This document shows positions 20,115 to 29,665 of a stretch of 64,000 nucleotides of DNA, piece after piece. Origin of the DNA: an uncultured delta proteobacterium (GTDB lineage Bacteria; Myxococcota; Myxococcia; Myxococcales; Myxococcaceae); assembly GCA_963713045.1 (NCBI GenBank), contig CAVQKE010000003.1:544001-608000 (forward strand). Reading direction: 5' to 3'. Position numbers and translations under genes: made by a program. Numbering within the stretch: position 1 is the stretch's first letter; each line of letters opens with the position of its first letter. Below the pieces are notes generated by a model. The model saw only the letters and a list, made by a program, of their open reading frames with translations, made no database searches and had not been told where the DNA came from.

Positions 20115-20744
20115 ATGCAAGCCCACACTCCCTACTCCGTGCACCCGTCGGTGGCCTACCTGCAAGCCTTGCTGGCCAACCTCGAAGCCCGCACTGGGCT
20201 GAGCGCCGAGGGTTGGGTGCGGCTGGTACAGGCCAAGGGGCCCAAGGGAGTCAAACTCCGGCGGGAGTGGCTCAAGGCACAGGGGCTGGGAGGCAACCAG
20301 GCGGCGCTGGTGGCCGAGCGCTCGGTGGAGGGAAAGGCCAGCGCCATGGATGACACGGCGGAGGGGTACCTCCAGTCAGCCGGGGGCTATGTCGAGCGTC
20401 AATACGAGGGGAAGAAGGCGGCCCTCCGTCCCCTGTATGAATTGCTGCTGGGCACTGCGCTGGCCAGCGGGCCGGAGGCCAAGGCCTGCCCCTGCCGCAC
20501 CTTCGTCCCTCTGTTTCGCCACCACGTCTTCGCCCAAATTAAGCCCAGCAGCGTCAGCCGAATTGACCTTGGCCTGGCGCTGGGGGACCCGGCGAAGGTG
20601 AAGGCCCCCGGCACGCGCCTTCTGCAGACGGGAGGTTTCGCCAAGCGGGACAGAATTACCCACCGCTTCGAAGTCACCCGGCCCTCGGACGTCGACGCGA
20701 CGGTGAGGCGGTGGCTGACGGTTGCCTACGAGCGCGACGCCTAA
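20115..20744 (+). CDS. DUF4287/DUF5655-type protein
   Basis: NLEARTG..W...WLK.QGLG.NQA N-terminal domain; LRPLYE..PC.TFVPLFR..VFA..RIDLGLALG..RITHR C-terminal domain; GGAGG RBS. Confidence 0.7.
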   Translation: MQAHTPYSVHPSVAYLQALLANLEARTGLSAEGWVRLVQAKGPKGVKLRREWLKAQGLGGNQAALVAERSVEGKASAMDDTAEGYLQSAGGYVERQYEGKKAALRPLYELLLGTALASGPEAKACPCRTFVPLFRHHVFAQIKPSSVSRIDLGLALGDPAKVKAPGTRLLQTGGFAKRDRITHRFEVTRPSDVDATVRRWLTVAYERDA

Positions 20745-20795
20745 ATGGGCGACATCCCTCAGCGGCCGCTGAAAGGGGGTGCGGCTGCTGGCTTC

Positions 20796-21497
20796 TTACG
20801 GGCAAACCGTGCTGCAGCCTCCAAGGTCAATGGAGATGCCGGCGTCCGCGGTCAGCGTGCCGGCGGACGTCTCCGCGGTGAAGACATAGGCTTCGGTGCA
20901 GTTTAGCTCTGCCGGGCAGCCCGGGCTGCCACAGCAAAATGGGCCTGAGGCGAGGTTGAAGACGGTGGCCGTTTGTCCGGCCTCCACCGTGGCCGTCGTC
21001 GGCGGATAGGTGGCGGGGGACGATGGACCGCAGGCGCCTGAAGTGACGGTCGCCGAAATGCCGAGCTTGGTGACGGTGACCGGCAAGCACGAACCATTGG
21101 TCAGACTGTACGCCGCTTCGAAGTTCTGCTGGCAGACGTAATTGGCTGCGGTCGACACCGCCAGGGTGACCGGTCCGGCGGCGACACAGACACTGGTCGA
21201 GTTGACGGCCTCGCTGCCGCCGGAAGCCATCGCCGTCAGTGTGAACGTGGTGCTGGTGGTGACAGTCGCGGTGGTACTTCCGGCGGTGACCGGCGTCACA
21301 TTGCCGACCCCGTGGTCGATGGACAGCGAGGTGGCGCCCATGACGTCCCAGGCCAGTGTCACCGTCCCTCCGTCCTGGGGCAGGGTCGCTGGCGTGGCAG
21401 AGAAGCCGGCGATGATGGGCGCGGCCGAGCCGCAGTTACATCCAGACAGCGTCAACATCGCGAACAGCGTGAGACTTACTTGCCGCAGGCAGGTCAT
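20796..21497 (-). CDS. Cys/Thr-rich secreted lipoprotein with Ig/PKD-like domain
   Basis: LSGC lipobox; FSATPATL..GGTVTLAWDV.GATSLSID.GVG.V beta-sandwich pattern; Cys-rich C-terminal domain. Confidence 0.75.
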   Translation of the reverse strand: MTCLRQVSLTLFAMLTLSGCNCGSAAPIIAGFSATPATLPQDGGTVTLAWDVMGATSLSIDHGVGNVTPVTAGSTTATVTTSTTFTLTAMASGGSEAVNSTSVCVAAGPVTLAVSTAANYVCQQNFEAAYSLTNGSCLPVTVTKLGISATVTSGACGPSSPATYPPTTATVEAGQTATVFNLASGPFCCGSPGCPAELNCTEAYVFTAETSAGTLTADAGISIDLGGCSTVCP

Positions 21498-21688
21498 CGC
21501 CGGTGTCCCCCTCTTGGGAGCGCAATCAGGCAGGAGCAGCCAGGTCAATTGCAATGGGTTTCGTGCCAGTGAACTGGGGATGAAGAGTTTCGCTTTCAGC
21601 GTCCTCGCCCGACTGCGAATGCAGGGCACTTTCGACGGAGGCCCCTTCGAGAGAGGACGGCGCGGTACAACCAGACTGGAGGTGGGCG

Positions 21689-23536
21689 CTACGGTTGTCG
21701 CGAGGAGCCCCCGGCGGCCGCCTCAGGGCGAAAGCGGTTGCGGATGCGGAAGCGCACCTGCTCCAGGGCGTCCGCGACGGACACCGTCGCGCCGGGAAGG
21801 AAGCTGATGGAGAAGGTGCGCTTCGGACAGTCGGCCAACAGCCGCCGCTCCGGGACCGGCTTTCCGTTTTGAAGAAGCCGCAGCTGGGCTTCCGAAATGC
21901 CCACGCCGTGGCGGGCCAGGACGTCGTCGTAGAAGCGGCGCTTCAGCTGCCCCACGCTGAGGGCTTCGAGTTGGACCGGAAGCAGCTGGGTGCTGACCGC
22001 GGCCCGGCCGAAGCGAAACGTCCACTCGGACACCAAGTCCAAGTCCAGGAAGGCGTCGTTGAGGACGGACTGGACATCCTGGCCCCGCGGCATCCAATAG
22101 CTTTTCACCACCTCGCCGCAGGCTGGGCACACCGTGGCATGCAAGTCATCCAGTCCCCGCAGCCGGTAGAGCGGCACCGTGAAGACGTCCTGTGCGCAGC
22201 TCGGGCAGCGCGTCTGCTCCCCGAGGGTGCCCAGCACCCGGCGAAAGTCGGCACGCAGCGCGTGGCTGCGCAACGCCAGCGGCACCGCCTCGGCGAGGAC
22301 GGCGTCCCGAAACCGTAGCCCGGTCTGCACCACCTTGGGGCCAGCCCGCCGCACGCCGAGTTCGAGCAACTCGGCGGCGTCCACCAGCGCTCGTTCGAGA
22401 GAGCCGCCGCGGCCTGGGGACGCCGCGTCGAGACGCGCGCGCAACCCCTCCAGCGTGGCCAGCGTCTCCAGTCCGTGCGGGACGAGTTCCGCGGCATAGG
22501 CGAAGAGGACGAGGCTCACCACGGCCGGCTGCTCGGTGGAGGCCGACACCAGCCACTGCGCGCGCCGCCGTGCCTCCGGAGAGGCATGGAGGGCGGCCAG
22601 GCCCTCCAGTGACCAGCGGACGAGGGGCGCCCTGGCGTGCGGCTCAAACACCCGCCCCATGCCTCGGCTTTGGGCAGAGTCGAGCTCCGTGGCCTTTCGG
22701 TTGTAGCGCCGCACGGCGTCCTCCAGGGCCAGCGCTGCAGCCCGGACATCGTCATACGCTGCCCGGGTGCGCTCGCCCAGCTCGCTGCGGAGCGCGTCGA
22801 AGGCGTCGAGGCCTGCCCGCTCGCGCTCCGTCACCTTCTGCCACAGCCGTGCGGTGGGACAGCGCTCCAGCGCAGCGAATTCCTCTTTCAGGCCCGCCAG
22901 CACGTCGCCGAAGCGCGCGCAGCGGGCCTCCAGCAGGGCCACCTCCCGCTCCAGCGCCACCCCTTCCTCCGCCGGCTCGGCGCCCAGCGCTTGGTCTGCC
23001 AGCGCCCGCAGGCCTGCCAAGTCACCTGCCCGGTAGAGGGCGTTGATGCGGACCATCAACGCCGCGGACAGCACTTGCCCCTTCTCATCTCGGGCCAGGT
23101 CCGGGTGGTAGCGCCGGGCCAGCCGCCGGTAGAGCGTCTTGAGCTCGGCAGCCGTGTCCGGCGCCGGCGCCACGTCCTCCAATGCCTCGGCTTCCTCCGG
23201 CGACTGGACCTCGTTGAGGAGTTCCCGCGCCCGCCGCGCGTCCAGCCGCCGGGCACGGCGGACCAAGTCCGCCCTGGGCGCCGTCTCGAGGAGCTCCGCC
23301 CACCGCTCGAGGTGGCGCACCACGCCCACCACCCGCTGGTAGCTGGTGGAGAGCCCGCGCAGCGCGCCGTGAAGGCGCGAGTCGAAGACGCTGAGGGTGG
23401 TGCGCAGCGTCTCGATGTCGAGGTCCAGCTGAGCGATGGCGTCGCGGAGGGACTCCGCCTCGGCCTGAAGCTCCACCAGCCGCGCGCGCAGCGGCGAGTC
23501 GGCCAGAACGAGGAAGCTCGGCGTGGAAGCGGGCAT
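21689..23536 (-). CDS. Coiled-coil + J-domain + Zn-ribbon protein with putative C-terminal ubiquitin-like domain
   Basis: ELKTLYRRLARRYHPDL...MVRINALY (J-domain, HPD), CPSC...CPAC, C-terminal SVGQLKRRF...GISEAQLRLLQNGKPV..RLLAD. Start set at ATG 23536 to avoid overlap with the divergent gene. Confidence 0.8.
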   Translation of the reverse strand: MPASTPSFLVLADSPLRARLVELQAEAESLRDAIAQLDLDIETLRTTLSVFDSRLHGALRGLSTSYQRVVGVVRHLERWAELLETAPRADLVRRARRLDARRARELLNEVQSPEEAEALEDVAPAPDTAAELKTLYRRLARRYHPDLARDEKGQVLSAALMVRINALYRAGDLAGLRALADQALGAEPAEEGVALEREVALLEARCARFGDVLAGLKEEFAALERCPTARLWQKVTERERAGLDAFDALRSELGERTRAAYDDVRAAALALEDAVRRYNRKATELDSAQSRGMGRVFEPHARAPLVRWSLEGLAALHASPEARRRAQWLVSASTEQPAVVSLVLFAYAAELVPHGLETLATLEGLRARLDAASPGRGGSLERALVDAAELLELGVRRAGPKVVQTGLRFRDAVLAEAVPLALRSHALRADFRRVLGTLGEQTRCPSCAQDVFTVPLYRLRGLDDLHATVCPACGEVVKSYWMPRGQDVQSVLNDAFLDLDLVSEWTFRFGRAAVSTQLLPVQLEALSVGQLKRRFYDDVLARHGVGISEAQLRLLQNGKPVPERRLLADCPKRTFSISFLPGATVSVADALEQVRFRIRNRFRPEAAAGGSSRQP

Positions 23537-23619
23537 GAGGGGAAGCGAGAGCTTAACCTCGGCCGCATCCCCCGGGTCCCCACCCATGAAGAGAGCCCGC
23601 TGTGAAGGAGTCAAAACCC

Positions 23620-24060
23620 ATGCTTCGTCGGTTCCCCGTTTCCACGCTGCTTGCGGCCACGCTGTTGGCCACCACTTCATTGGCCCAGGGTACGCCGCAG
23701 CCGGGTGATGCACCCCCCTCCGGCAAGGGAGGTGGAGCTTGTCGCGCGGACATCGCCGCGCTCTGTCCCAACCTACAACCCGGGCCCGGCGAGCACGGCG
23801 CCATCGCCAAATGCCTCGAGAGCCAAGCGGACAAGCTGTCTGCACCCTGCAAAGCCCACCTCGATGCGGAGAAGGCCAAGATGGAGGCCGTCAAAGAGGC
23901 CTGTCAGGGCGACGTCGACAAGTTTTGCGGCGGCGTCGCCACTGGCGAAGGCCGCATCATGCGGTGCCTTCACCAGCACCAGAGCGAATTGAGCGACAGC
24001 TGCAAGGCGGCCTGGCCGAAGCACCACGGGCCGCCCCCGGCCGCGCCGCCGGCGCAGTAA
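23620..24060 (+). CDS. Secreted cysteine-rich repeat protein (GLG1/Cys_rich_FGFR-like), copy 1
   Basis: GAAGGAG RBS, signal peptide, two repeats of C..D...(L/F)C....G.G.I..CL......LS..C. Confidence 0.85.
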   Translation: MLRRFPVSTLLAATLLATTSLAQGTPQPGDAPPSGKGGGACRADIAALCPNLQPGPGEHGAIAKCLESQADKLSAPCKAHLDAEKAKMEAVKEACQGDVDKFCGGVATGEGRIMRCLHQHQSELSDSCKAAWPKHHGPPPAAPPAQ

Positions 24061-24186
24061 TTCTTCACCCGCAACCCCCTAGCCAAGTTCCGGCTGTAGC
24101 TGCATTGTTCAGCCGGGCTCGGCCGCTACGACCGGGCCCGCCCCTTCCTCTTCTGGCAGGGGCCTCTTCGGCCCAAGGAGAGTGCC

Positions 24187-24600
24187 ATGTCGAAGCTTCC
24201 GAAGTGTTGGTCTGCCCTCGTCGCAGCCGGGTGTTTCCTCGCGGCCCCGCTGGCCTTTGGCCAGGCCGCCGACCCCGGCAAGCCCTGCCAAGCGGACGTC
24301 AAGAAGCTGTGTCCAGGCGTCAAGCCGGGCCATGGCCACATCCTTGCTTGCCTCGAGGGCAAGACCGACCAGCTGTCGGACACCTGCAAAGAAGTCATCA
24401 AGACCAAGCTGCAGGACTTCTACACGGCATGCGGTGACGACGCGACGAAGTTTTGCGCGGGCGTGGACAAGGGACAGGGGAAAGTCGTGAAGTGCCTCTA
24501 TAAGAACGAAGCCAAACTGAGCGACAGCTGCAAGGCGCAGTTCACCAAGATGAAGGCGGCCGCCGCAGCCCACGGCGTGACGCCGCCGCCGGCCCAGTAG
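24187..24600 (+). CDS. Secreted cysteine-rich repeat protein (GLG1/Cys_rich_FGFR-like), copy 2
   Basis: AAGGAG RBS, signal peptide, same two four-Cys repeats; ends PPAQ like copy 1. Confidence 0.85.
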   Translation: MSKLPKCWSALVAAGCFLAAPLAFGQAADPGKPCQADVKKLCPGVKPGHGHILACLEGKTDQLSDTCKEVIKTKLQDFYTACGDDATKFCAGVDKGQGKVVKCLYKNEAKLSDSCKAQFTKMKAAAAAHGVTPPPAQ

Positions 24601-24604
24601 AGGC

Positions 24605-25666
24605 CTACGGGGTGGGCGGCGGAGCGGGGGTGGCCTCGGCCGCTCCCGCCTGTAGCGCGCCCAGCAGTTGGTTGAGGTTGAGCGTCTGCACGCCGACCCC
24701 ACTCTTCCCGGTGGGTAGAAACACCAGCTGCTTTCCGGCCAGCGCCTCGGCAATCCGCAGCTTCACCAACGCCTTGCCGCCACTTCCGGCCAGCGCCTCG
24801 TTTTGCTTGCGCACCGCCTCGGCGTGCGCTTTGCGCTCGGCGACAATGGCCTCCGCCCGCTTCTGGCTTTGCACGTAGCTTGCGTCGGCGGCCAAGCGCG
24901 CGGTGTCCAGCGCCCCGGCGGCCGCGGCCAGCTGCTGGGACACCGTCCCCTTGGCCTTTTCCAGCTCGCTTTTCCACTGCTCGGAAGTGGCGCGTCCCTC
25001 GCTGCGCACCCGCTCGCTGTTTTGCTCGGCCAGCTTCTTGTCGCGAATGACTTTCTCGTATTCCGGGTTGAAGCGGTGCTCGCCGAGGATGACTTGGCGG
25101 ATGAGGACGCCCTCCGGGCCCAGCACCTCCTGCAGCCGGTCACGTGCCTCGCTGGCCTTGGCGAAGCGCTTCTCGGAGACGTAAAACTCCTCACTCCGAA
25201 GCTCATTCAGCACGTCGCGCACCACGCTGCGGCACGCCGGGCGAACCAGCTTCTCCTTCACCTCCTCCACGTTTTCCCCCACCTTGTTGAGCAGGTAGGG
25301 GGCGCGCTTCGGGTCCACCTGCCAGGCCACGGTGACGTCCACGCGAATGTCGTTGCCGTCCACCGTCTTGAAGTTGAGGTCATCCTCGGCGTTGCGGTCT
25401 CCCCGCCGGGGGTCCTTCACCATCGCCAGGTTTTGCATGGAGACGTCAAACGTATTCCAGTCGGTGACAAAGGCCGGAAACAGGTAGGTGGCGCCGGGGG
25501 CGTAGATTTCAGGCTGCACGCCGGGTTTGCCCAACAGGCCGCCGAAGGACAGCTTCCGGGTGAGGACGCCCACCTCGGTGCTTCCGGTGGAGTGGCAGGT
25601 GCAGCCCTGAAGCGGCAGGGCCACCAGGAAAAGGAGGAGAAAGGGGCGGTGGAGCATCCGGCTCAC
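24605..25666 (-). CDS. SPFH/Band 7 domain protein
   Basis: EVGV...PG.TYL, FKTVDGNDIRVDVTVAWQVDP, Ala/Glu-rich coiled coil; N-terminal hydrophobic segment ending LQGC. Confidence 0.88.
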   Translation of the reverse strand: MSRMLHRPFLLLFLVALPLQGCTCHSTGSTEVGVLTRKLSFGGLLGKPGVQPEIYAPGATYLFPAFVTDWNTFDVSMQNLAMVKDPRRGDRNAEDDLNFKTVDGNDIRVDVTVAWQVDPKRAPYLLNKVGENVEEVKEKLVRPACRSVVRDVLNELRSEEFYVSEKRFAKASEARDRLQEVLGPEGVLIRQVILGEHRFNPEYEKVIRDKKLAEQNSERVRSEGRATSEQWKSELEKAKGTVSQQLAAAAGALDTARLAADASYVQSQKRAEAIVAERKAHAEAVRKQNEALAGSGGKALVKLRIAEALAGKQLVFLPTGKSGVGVQTLNLNQLLGALQAGAAEATPAPPPTP

Positions 25667-26730
25667 TCCTTCACGTCGAAGCGCTTGAGCGCTGTCTTGA
25701 GGTCGAGCGGGTTGATGCCCGACTCGCCGTCGGTGGGGACGATGATGATGCGGGTGCCCTTCAGCACGTCCGCCATCTTCAGCCCCACCAGGTTTTCGGC
25801 CCCAAGGCCCTGGAGGGCGGCGTTCTCCAGCCGGGTGCCTTCTGCTTCGGCCAGCTGGACCGCCAGCTCACCGGCGGCGGCGCGCTTGCGCGTGTAGAGG
25901 TCCGCTTCGGCCTCCAGCTTCTTCTTCTCCCCGTCGCCCCGGGCCAGCTCCACCCGCACCGCGGCCGCACCGACGGCGGCAATCCGGTCCTTTTCGGCGG
26001 TGGCCGTCGCCAGCTCCGCCTCCGCCTTGTTCTTGAAGACGGTTTGGTCCTGAATTTTCCGCTGTTCAATGGCCTGCTGGTAGCGGGCGTCGTAGGCGTA
26101 GGCGCGGACGAAGACTTGCACCACCCGGACGCCGCTGGGAAGCAGCTCGGCGTTCAAGTCCTGAAGCGCCTTCTCCACCCGCTCGGTCCGCAGCTTCACG
26201 TCATAAAACTGCTCGGCGTCCAGCTCGCCCAACCGCTTGCGCAACAGCTGCTCGGCGCGGGGAAAGACGAGCGATTCTTCGTAGAGGCTTCCCGGCCCGG
26301 CCACGGTGATGACGCGGTAGGGGTCTTCGATGCGAAACGCCACCGAGAGGTCCACCGTCACCGTGTAGCCTTCCGACGTCTGGATGTTGAGTGCTGGGCG
26401 CACCGTCTGCTCGGCCTTGCCTCGCTCGCTCGCGTCGTTGGTGAGGTTGAAGAGTTGGATGTCGGTTGGAAACAGGTACATCCGCTCGGTGCCGGGGCTC
26501 ACCCAGTGCACTCCGGGGTAGTACACCTCGGGCAAAATGCCCTTGGTGGCCCCGACGATGACTTGCTTCACGCCGACTTCGTTGGGACGGACGTACACGG
26601 TGCAAAAGCCATAGGCGACAATCAGCAGAAAGAGGGCGCCGAGGACCAGGTACAGCCGCCGGCCACGCGGCGTTCCGAAAATGCGCTGGCTCGCAGCGCG
26701 CAAGTCAACGGGAATGCGGGAGTCTGCCAT
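25663..26730 (-). CDS. SPFH/Band 7 domain protein
   Basis: TM helix, VRPNEVGVKQ, PGVHWVSP, IQTSEGYTVTVDLSVAFRI, coiled coil; GTGA overlap with the next SPFH gene. Confidence 0.88.
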   Translation of the reverse strand: MADSRIPVDLRAASQRIFGTPRGRRLYLVLGALFLLIVAYGFCTVYVRPNEVGVKQVIVGATKGILPEVYYPGVHWVSPGTERMYLFPTDIQLFNLTNDASERGKAEQTVRPALNIQTSEGYTVTVDLSVAFRIEDPYRVITVAGPGSLYEESLVFPRAEQLLRKRLGELDAEQFYDVKLRTERVEKALQDLNAELLPSGVRVVQVFVRAYAYDARYQQAIEQRKIQDQTVFKNKAEAELATATAEKDRIAAVGAAAVRVELARGDGEKKKLEAEADLYTRKRAAAGELAVQLAEAEGTRLENAALQGLGAENLVGLKMADVLKGTRIIIVPTDGESGINPLDLKTALKRFDVKE

Positions 26731-26744
26731 TTGGGAACGGCACC

Positions 26745-27356
26745 CTACTCCCTAGAGCGCGCCGGGTCTGCACTCCGGCTGGTGGCCGACGGCAATTCGT
26801 CCAGCGGGCCGGGCGCCGCCAGCGGTTGGTAGAGCTCCTGGTGGACTTCGGCGTCGTGCAAGTCCGCAACAATGGCGCGCAGGGTGTTGCGGTGCTTGCG
26901 CTTCAAAAGCCACACCTGGGCGTCGGGAATGAAGGGTGCCGCCAACAGGAAGGCGAAGGCAAACAAGTCCCAGGTGGTGGGGATGGGAATAAAGGGCGCC
27001 TTCACCAGGAAGAGGCCGACGGCAAAACCGGCGGCGGCATAGACGCCGCGGGCCAGTAAGTCTCCGCCCCGCCACAGGCCATAATCCCGCTGTTCCAGCG
27101 CGGTCTGCTTCTGGGCGGCAGCCAGGTAACGGGGCACGGCCACCCCGAGCAGCGTCTCCTGGAGGCGGTCGAAGTAAGCCTGGTCGTCGAAGACTTCCAA
27201 GAAGCGGGCGCGCACGTCGGCCAATTCGGTGGCGAAGACGTCGCGAAGCCGCGACTCCACCTTGGGGGACCAAGGACCGAGGCCCGGCCGGACGCGCTCA
27301 GCGGCGGCGATGAGGACGCCAGCGAGGAAGGGAAGCCGAAAGCGGTCTGGGTACAC
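26745..27356 (-). CDS. Hypothetical membrane protein (two TM helices), first gene of the SPFH operon
   Basis: Two hydrophobic segments; 14 bp upstream of the SPFH gene on the same strand. Confidence 0.7.
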   Translation of the reverse strand: MYPDRFRLPFLAGVLIAAAERVRPGLGPWSPKVESRLRDVFATELADVRARFLEVFDDQAYFDRLQETLLGVAVPRYLAAAQKQTALEQRDYGLWRGGDLLARGVYAAAGFAVGLFLVKAPFIPIPTTWDLFAFAFLLAAPFIPDAQVWLLKRKHRNTLRAIVADLHDAEVHQELYQPLAAPGPLDELPSATSRSADPARSRE

Positions 27357-27425
27357 GGAAGGGGCGCCGAGCGTAGCCCAACCGGCGGGCGCTGGGCTTC
27401 AAGCTGGGGCCGCCGACCGCTGTCG

Positions 27426-28523
27426 TCATTCCTTTTCGTGCTCGTGCGGCGGCGGCTTGGCGGGGGGGGGCGGCGGCTTCTTGGCCGGGGGCGGAGCAGC
27501 CTTCGCCGGCGGCTGCTGGGCAGCTGCCTGGTGCGGTGGGGGCTGTGTCACCGCTGGTGGCCGCGACGCAGGCGGCGGCGCTGCCGGAGGCGGATGGGAC
27601 TCCACGGCGGCCGGTCGCATGGCGGGCGGGGGCGGGGCCGCTGGCGGCGGTGGGCTGGGGGGTGGCGCGGCATGGGGCGGCGCCGAAGGCGTGCCGAATT
27701 GTTGGGGGCCCGCCGGGTTGTGTGCTGACGGCGGAGGCGCCGCCGCGTTCCGCATCGGCGGCGGCGGCGCGGACACCGGCGGCGCTCCGTTGGACACGTG
27801 CGGGTCGACAGACATCTGCCGTTGCACCGGCGCCCCCTGCTTGGTGACGCCGGCGGGCGCCACCACCTCCACCGCGCCGGTGCTGGCCGAGGAGCGCACC
27901 ACCATCCCCGGCCGCATGACGGCCGGCGCACTGGCCGTCACCGCAGGCGGTGTGCCCACCGGGGCAGGCACAATGACGCCGCGCTGCGAGCCGGGAGGCG
28001 GCGGGACGAAGACGCCCGGTTGTCCGACTGGCCGGGCGTAATGCCCGACATATTCCGGACGCGGCTTCTGCACTTGAATGTAGACGCCTGGCGGCGGCGG
28101 GACGAAGACGACGTTGGGCTGGCGCCAGAAGCCGGCCACATAGACGACATTGCCGCCGCGCAATTCGTAGTAGGGCTGGGTGTAGACGTAGCCGGAAGGC
28201 GGCGCCACCCAACGGCCGCGGGCCCAAAGCCACTGCCCGTTCCACCAGTGCCAGTACCCGCCCACCCACACCGCGCCGTAGAAGGGCGCTGGCGGTGGCG
28301 GGTCATACACCATCGGCGGGGGCGCATATTCAATGGCCACCGGCGGCGGCTGCCCCACCGGGACCTCGACGTACTCCGACACCGTCACGTCCACCGTCTC
28401 CGGCGCCGGCGGCGGCGCGGGCTGCGGAGGAGGCGGCGCTTGGTACACCACCGGGGCCGGCGTCTCTGTCACCGTGCAGCCGGCGAGGCCCAACACTGCC
28501 CACAAGGCGATGCGTCGCTTCAA
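27426..28523 (-). CDS. YXWGXW-repeat, proline-rich lipoprotein
   Basis: LAGC lipobox, AVWVGGYWHW, WARGRW and YVAGFW repeats, poly-Pro/Ala tail. Confidence 0.85.
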   Translation of the reverse strand: MKRRIALWAVLGLAGCTVTETPAPVVYQAPPPPQPAPPPAPETVDVTVSEYVEVPVGQPPPVAIEYAPPPMVYDPPPPAPFYGAVWVGGYWHWWNGQWLWARGRWVAPPSGYVYTQPYYELRGGNVVYVAGFWRQPNVVFVPPPPGVYIQVQKPRPEYVGHYARPVGQPGVFVPPPPGSQRGVIVPAPVGTPPAVTASAPAVMRPGMVVRSSASTGAVEVVAPAGVTKQGAPVQRQMSVDPHVSNGAPPVSAPPPPMRNAAAPPPSAHNPAGPQQFGTPSAPPHAAPPPSPPPPAAPPPPAMRPAAVESHPPPAAPPPASRPPAVTQPPPHQAAAQQPPAKAAPPPAKKPPPPPAKPPPHEHEKE

Positions 28524-28568
28524 GAAGCCTCCTGCAAGTCGCTCCGGTGGACGGTGCGGCCCTTCTCT

Positions 28569-29621
28569 CTATTCAGCGTCCAGCTGTGCGTGTGGATGCT
28601 CCATGCGGGTGAGTGCAACGAAAAAGGCCACCACCAAGGGCCCGGCGAGGATGCCCACCGGGCCGAAGGCGGCGAGACCTCCCAACAGCGAAAAGAAGAC
28701 GACGGCGCCGTGCATCTGCACGCCGCCGCGGATGAAGTAGGGCTTGACGAAGTTGTCGATGGTGCCCACCACCAGCGCGCCCCAACACAACAGAAAAATC
28801 CCGGCGCCGGTCCGGCCGCTGAACAGCAGCGTCACGGCGAGGATGATGGACAGCATGGCGGCCGCCCCCACCGGGATGAATGCGGCGACGAACGTCACCA
28901 TCGCGAAGAAGAGGGCATTGGGCAGCCGGGCGATGAGAAAGCCCACCAGGGCGGCGATGGCCTGCACCGCGGCGGTCAACACCGTCGAGATGAGGAGGGC
29001 GCGGGTCACCTTGCGGAATTCGACCATCAACACCCGGAATTGCCCCGGGGCCAGCGGCACGACGCTTTCCAGCCAGAGGACGAGGTCGCGGCCGCTGATG
29101 AGGAAGAAGAAGAAGGCCACCAACATCAACAGCGTGATGAATAGAAGGTGACCGGTGGCGGTCACCACGCCGCCAAAGGCGGCGGCGGCGCTCTTGCCCG
29201 TCGCGGAAAGTGTGTCGAAGAGTTCCTTCGGGTCGGGCAGTGAATCGGCCATCCTGTCCGTCCAGGGGCGAATGGCAGCTGGGAAGTATTGCGATAGGCC
29301 ATGCGGCCCCTGGGCCAGAGCCTGGCGGACGAAGGCGATGCCTTGGCCGGCCTCGTTGATGGTGACTGCCAACAGGCTCCCCAGTGGGCCGGCCACCGCC
29401 AACACCAGCAGCAACGTCAGCAGTCCGGCCGCCAGGTTAGGGCGTCCCCCCATCCGGCGCGACAGACTCTGCTGCAGCCCAAACAGGGAGCCGGCCAGCA
29501 CCGCCGCCAGGAAGAGCGCCGAGGCGAACGGCAACAGCATGTTGCCCAACAGAAACAGGGAGACCAGCACCAGGGCCACGTAGAAGAGGCGCGAGCCCTG
29601 GGGCGGCGTTGTCGTCGTCAC
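28569..29621 (-). CDS. AI-2E family transporter
   Basis: Multiple TM helices; FIPVGAA, IDNFVKPYFIRG, FFSLLGGLAAFGPVGILAGP. Start placed at GTG 29621. Confidence 0.9.
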   Translation of the reverse strand: MTTTTPPQGSRLFYVALVLVSLFLLGNMLLPFASALFLAAVLAGSLFGLQQSLSRRMGGRPNLAAGLLTLLLVLAVAGPLGSLLAVTINEAGQGIAFVRQALAQGPHGLSQYFPAAIRPWTDRMADSLPDPKELFDTLSATGKSAAAAFGGVVTATGHLLFITLLMLVAFFFFLISGRDLVLWLESVVPLAPGQFRVLMVEFRKVTRALLISTVLTAAVQAIAALVGFLIARLPNALFFAMVTFVAAFIPVGAAAMLSIILAVTLLFSGRTGAGIFLLCWGALVVGTIDNFVKPYFIRGGVQMHGAVVFFSLLGGLAAFGPVGILAGPLVVAFFVALTRMEHPHAQLDAE

Positions 29622-29665
29622 TCTTTTCACTTGGTGGTGGGTGGTGGCTAAAAGGGGGCTTGCTT

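Noticed and set aside
27462..27470. G9 tract as a phase-variation switch
   Set aside because: It encodes poly-Pro about 12 codons from the C-terminus; slippage would alter only a low-complexity tail.
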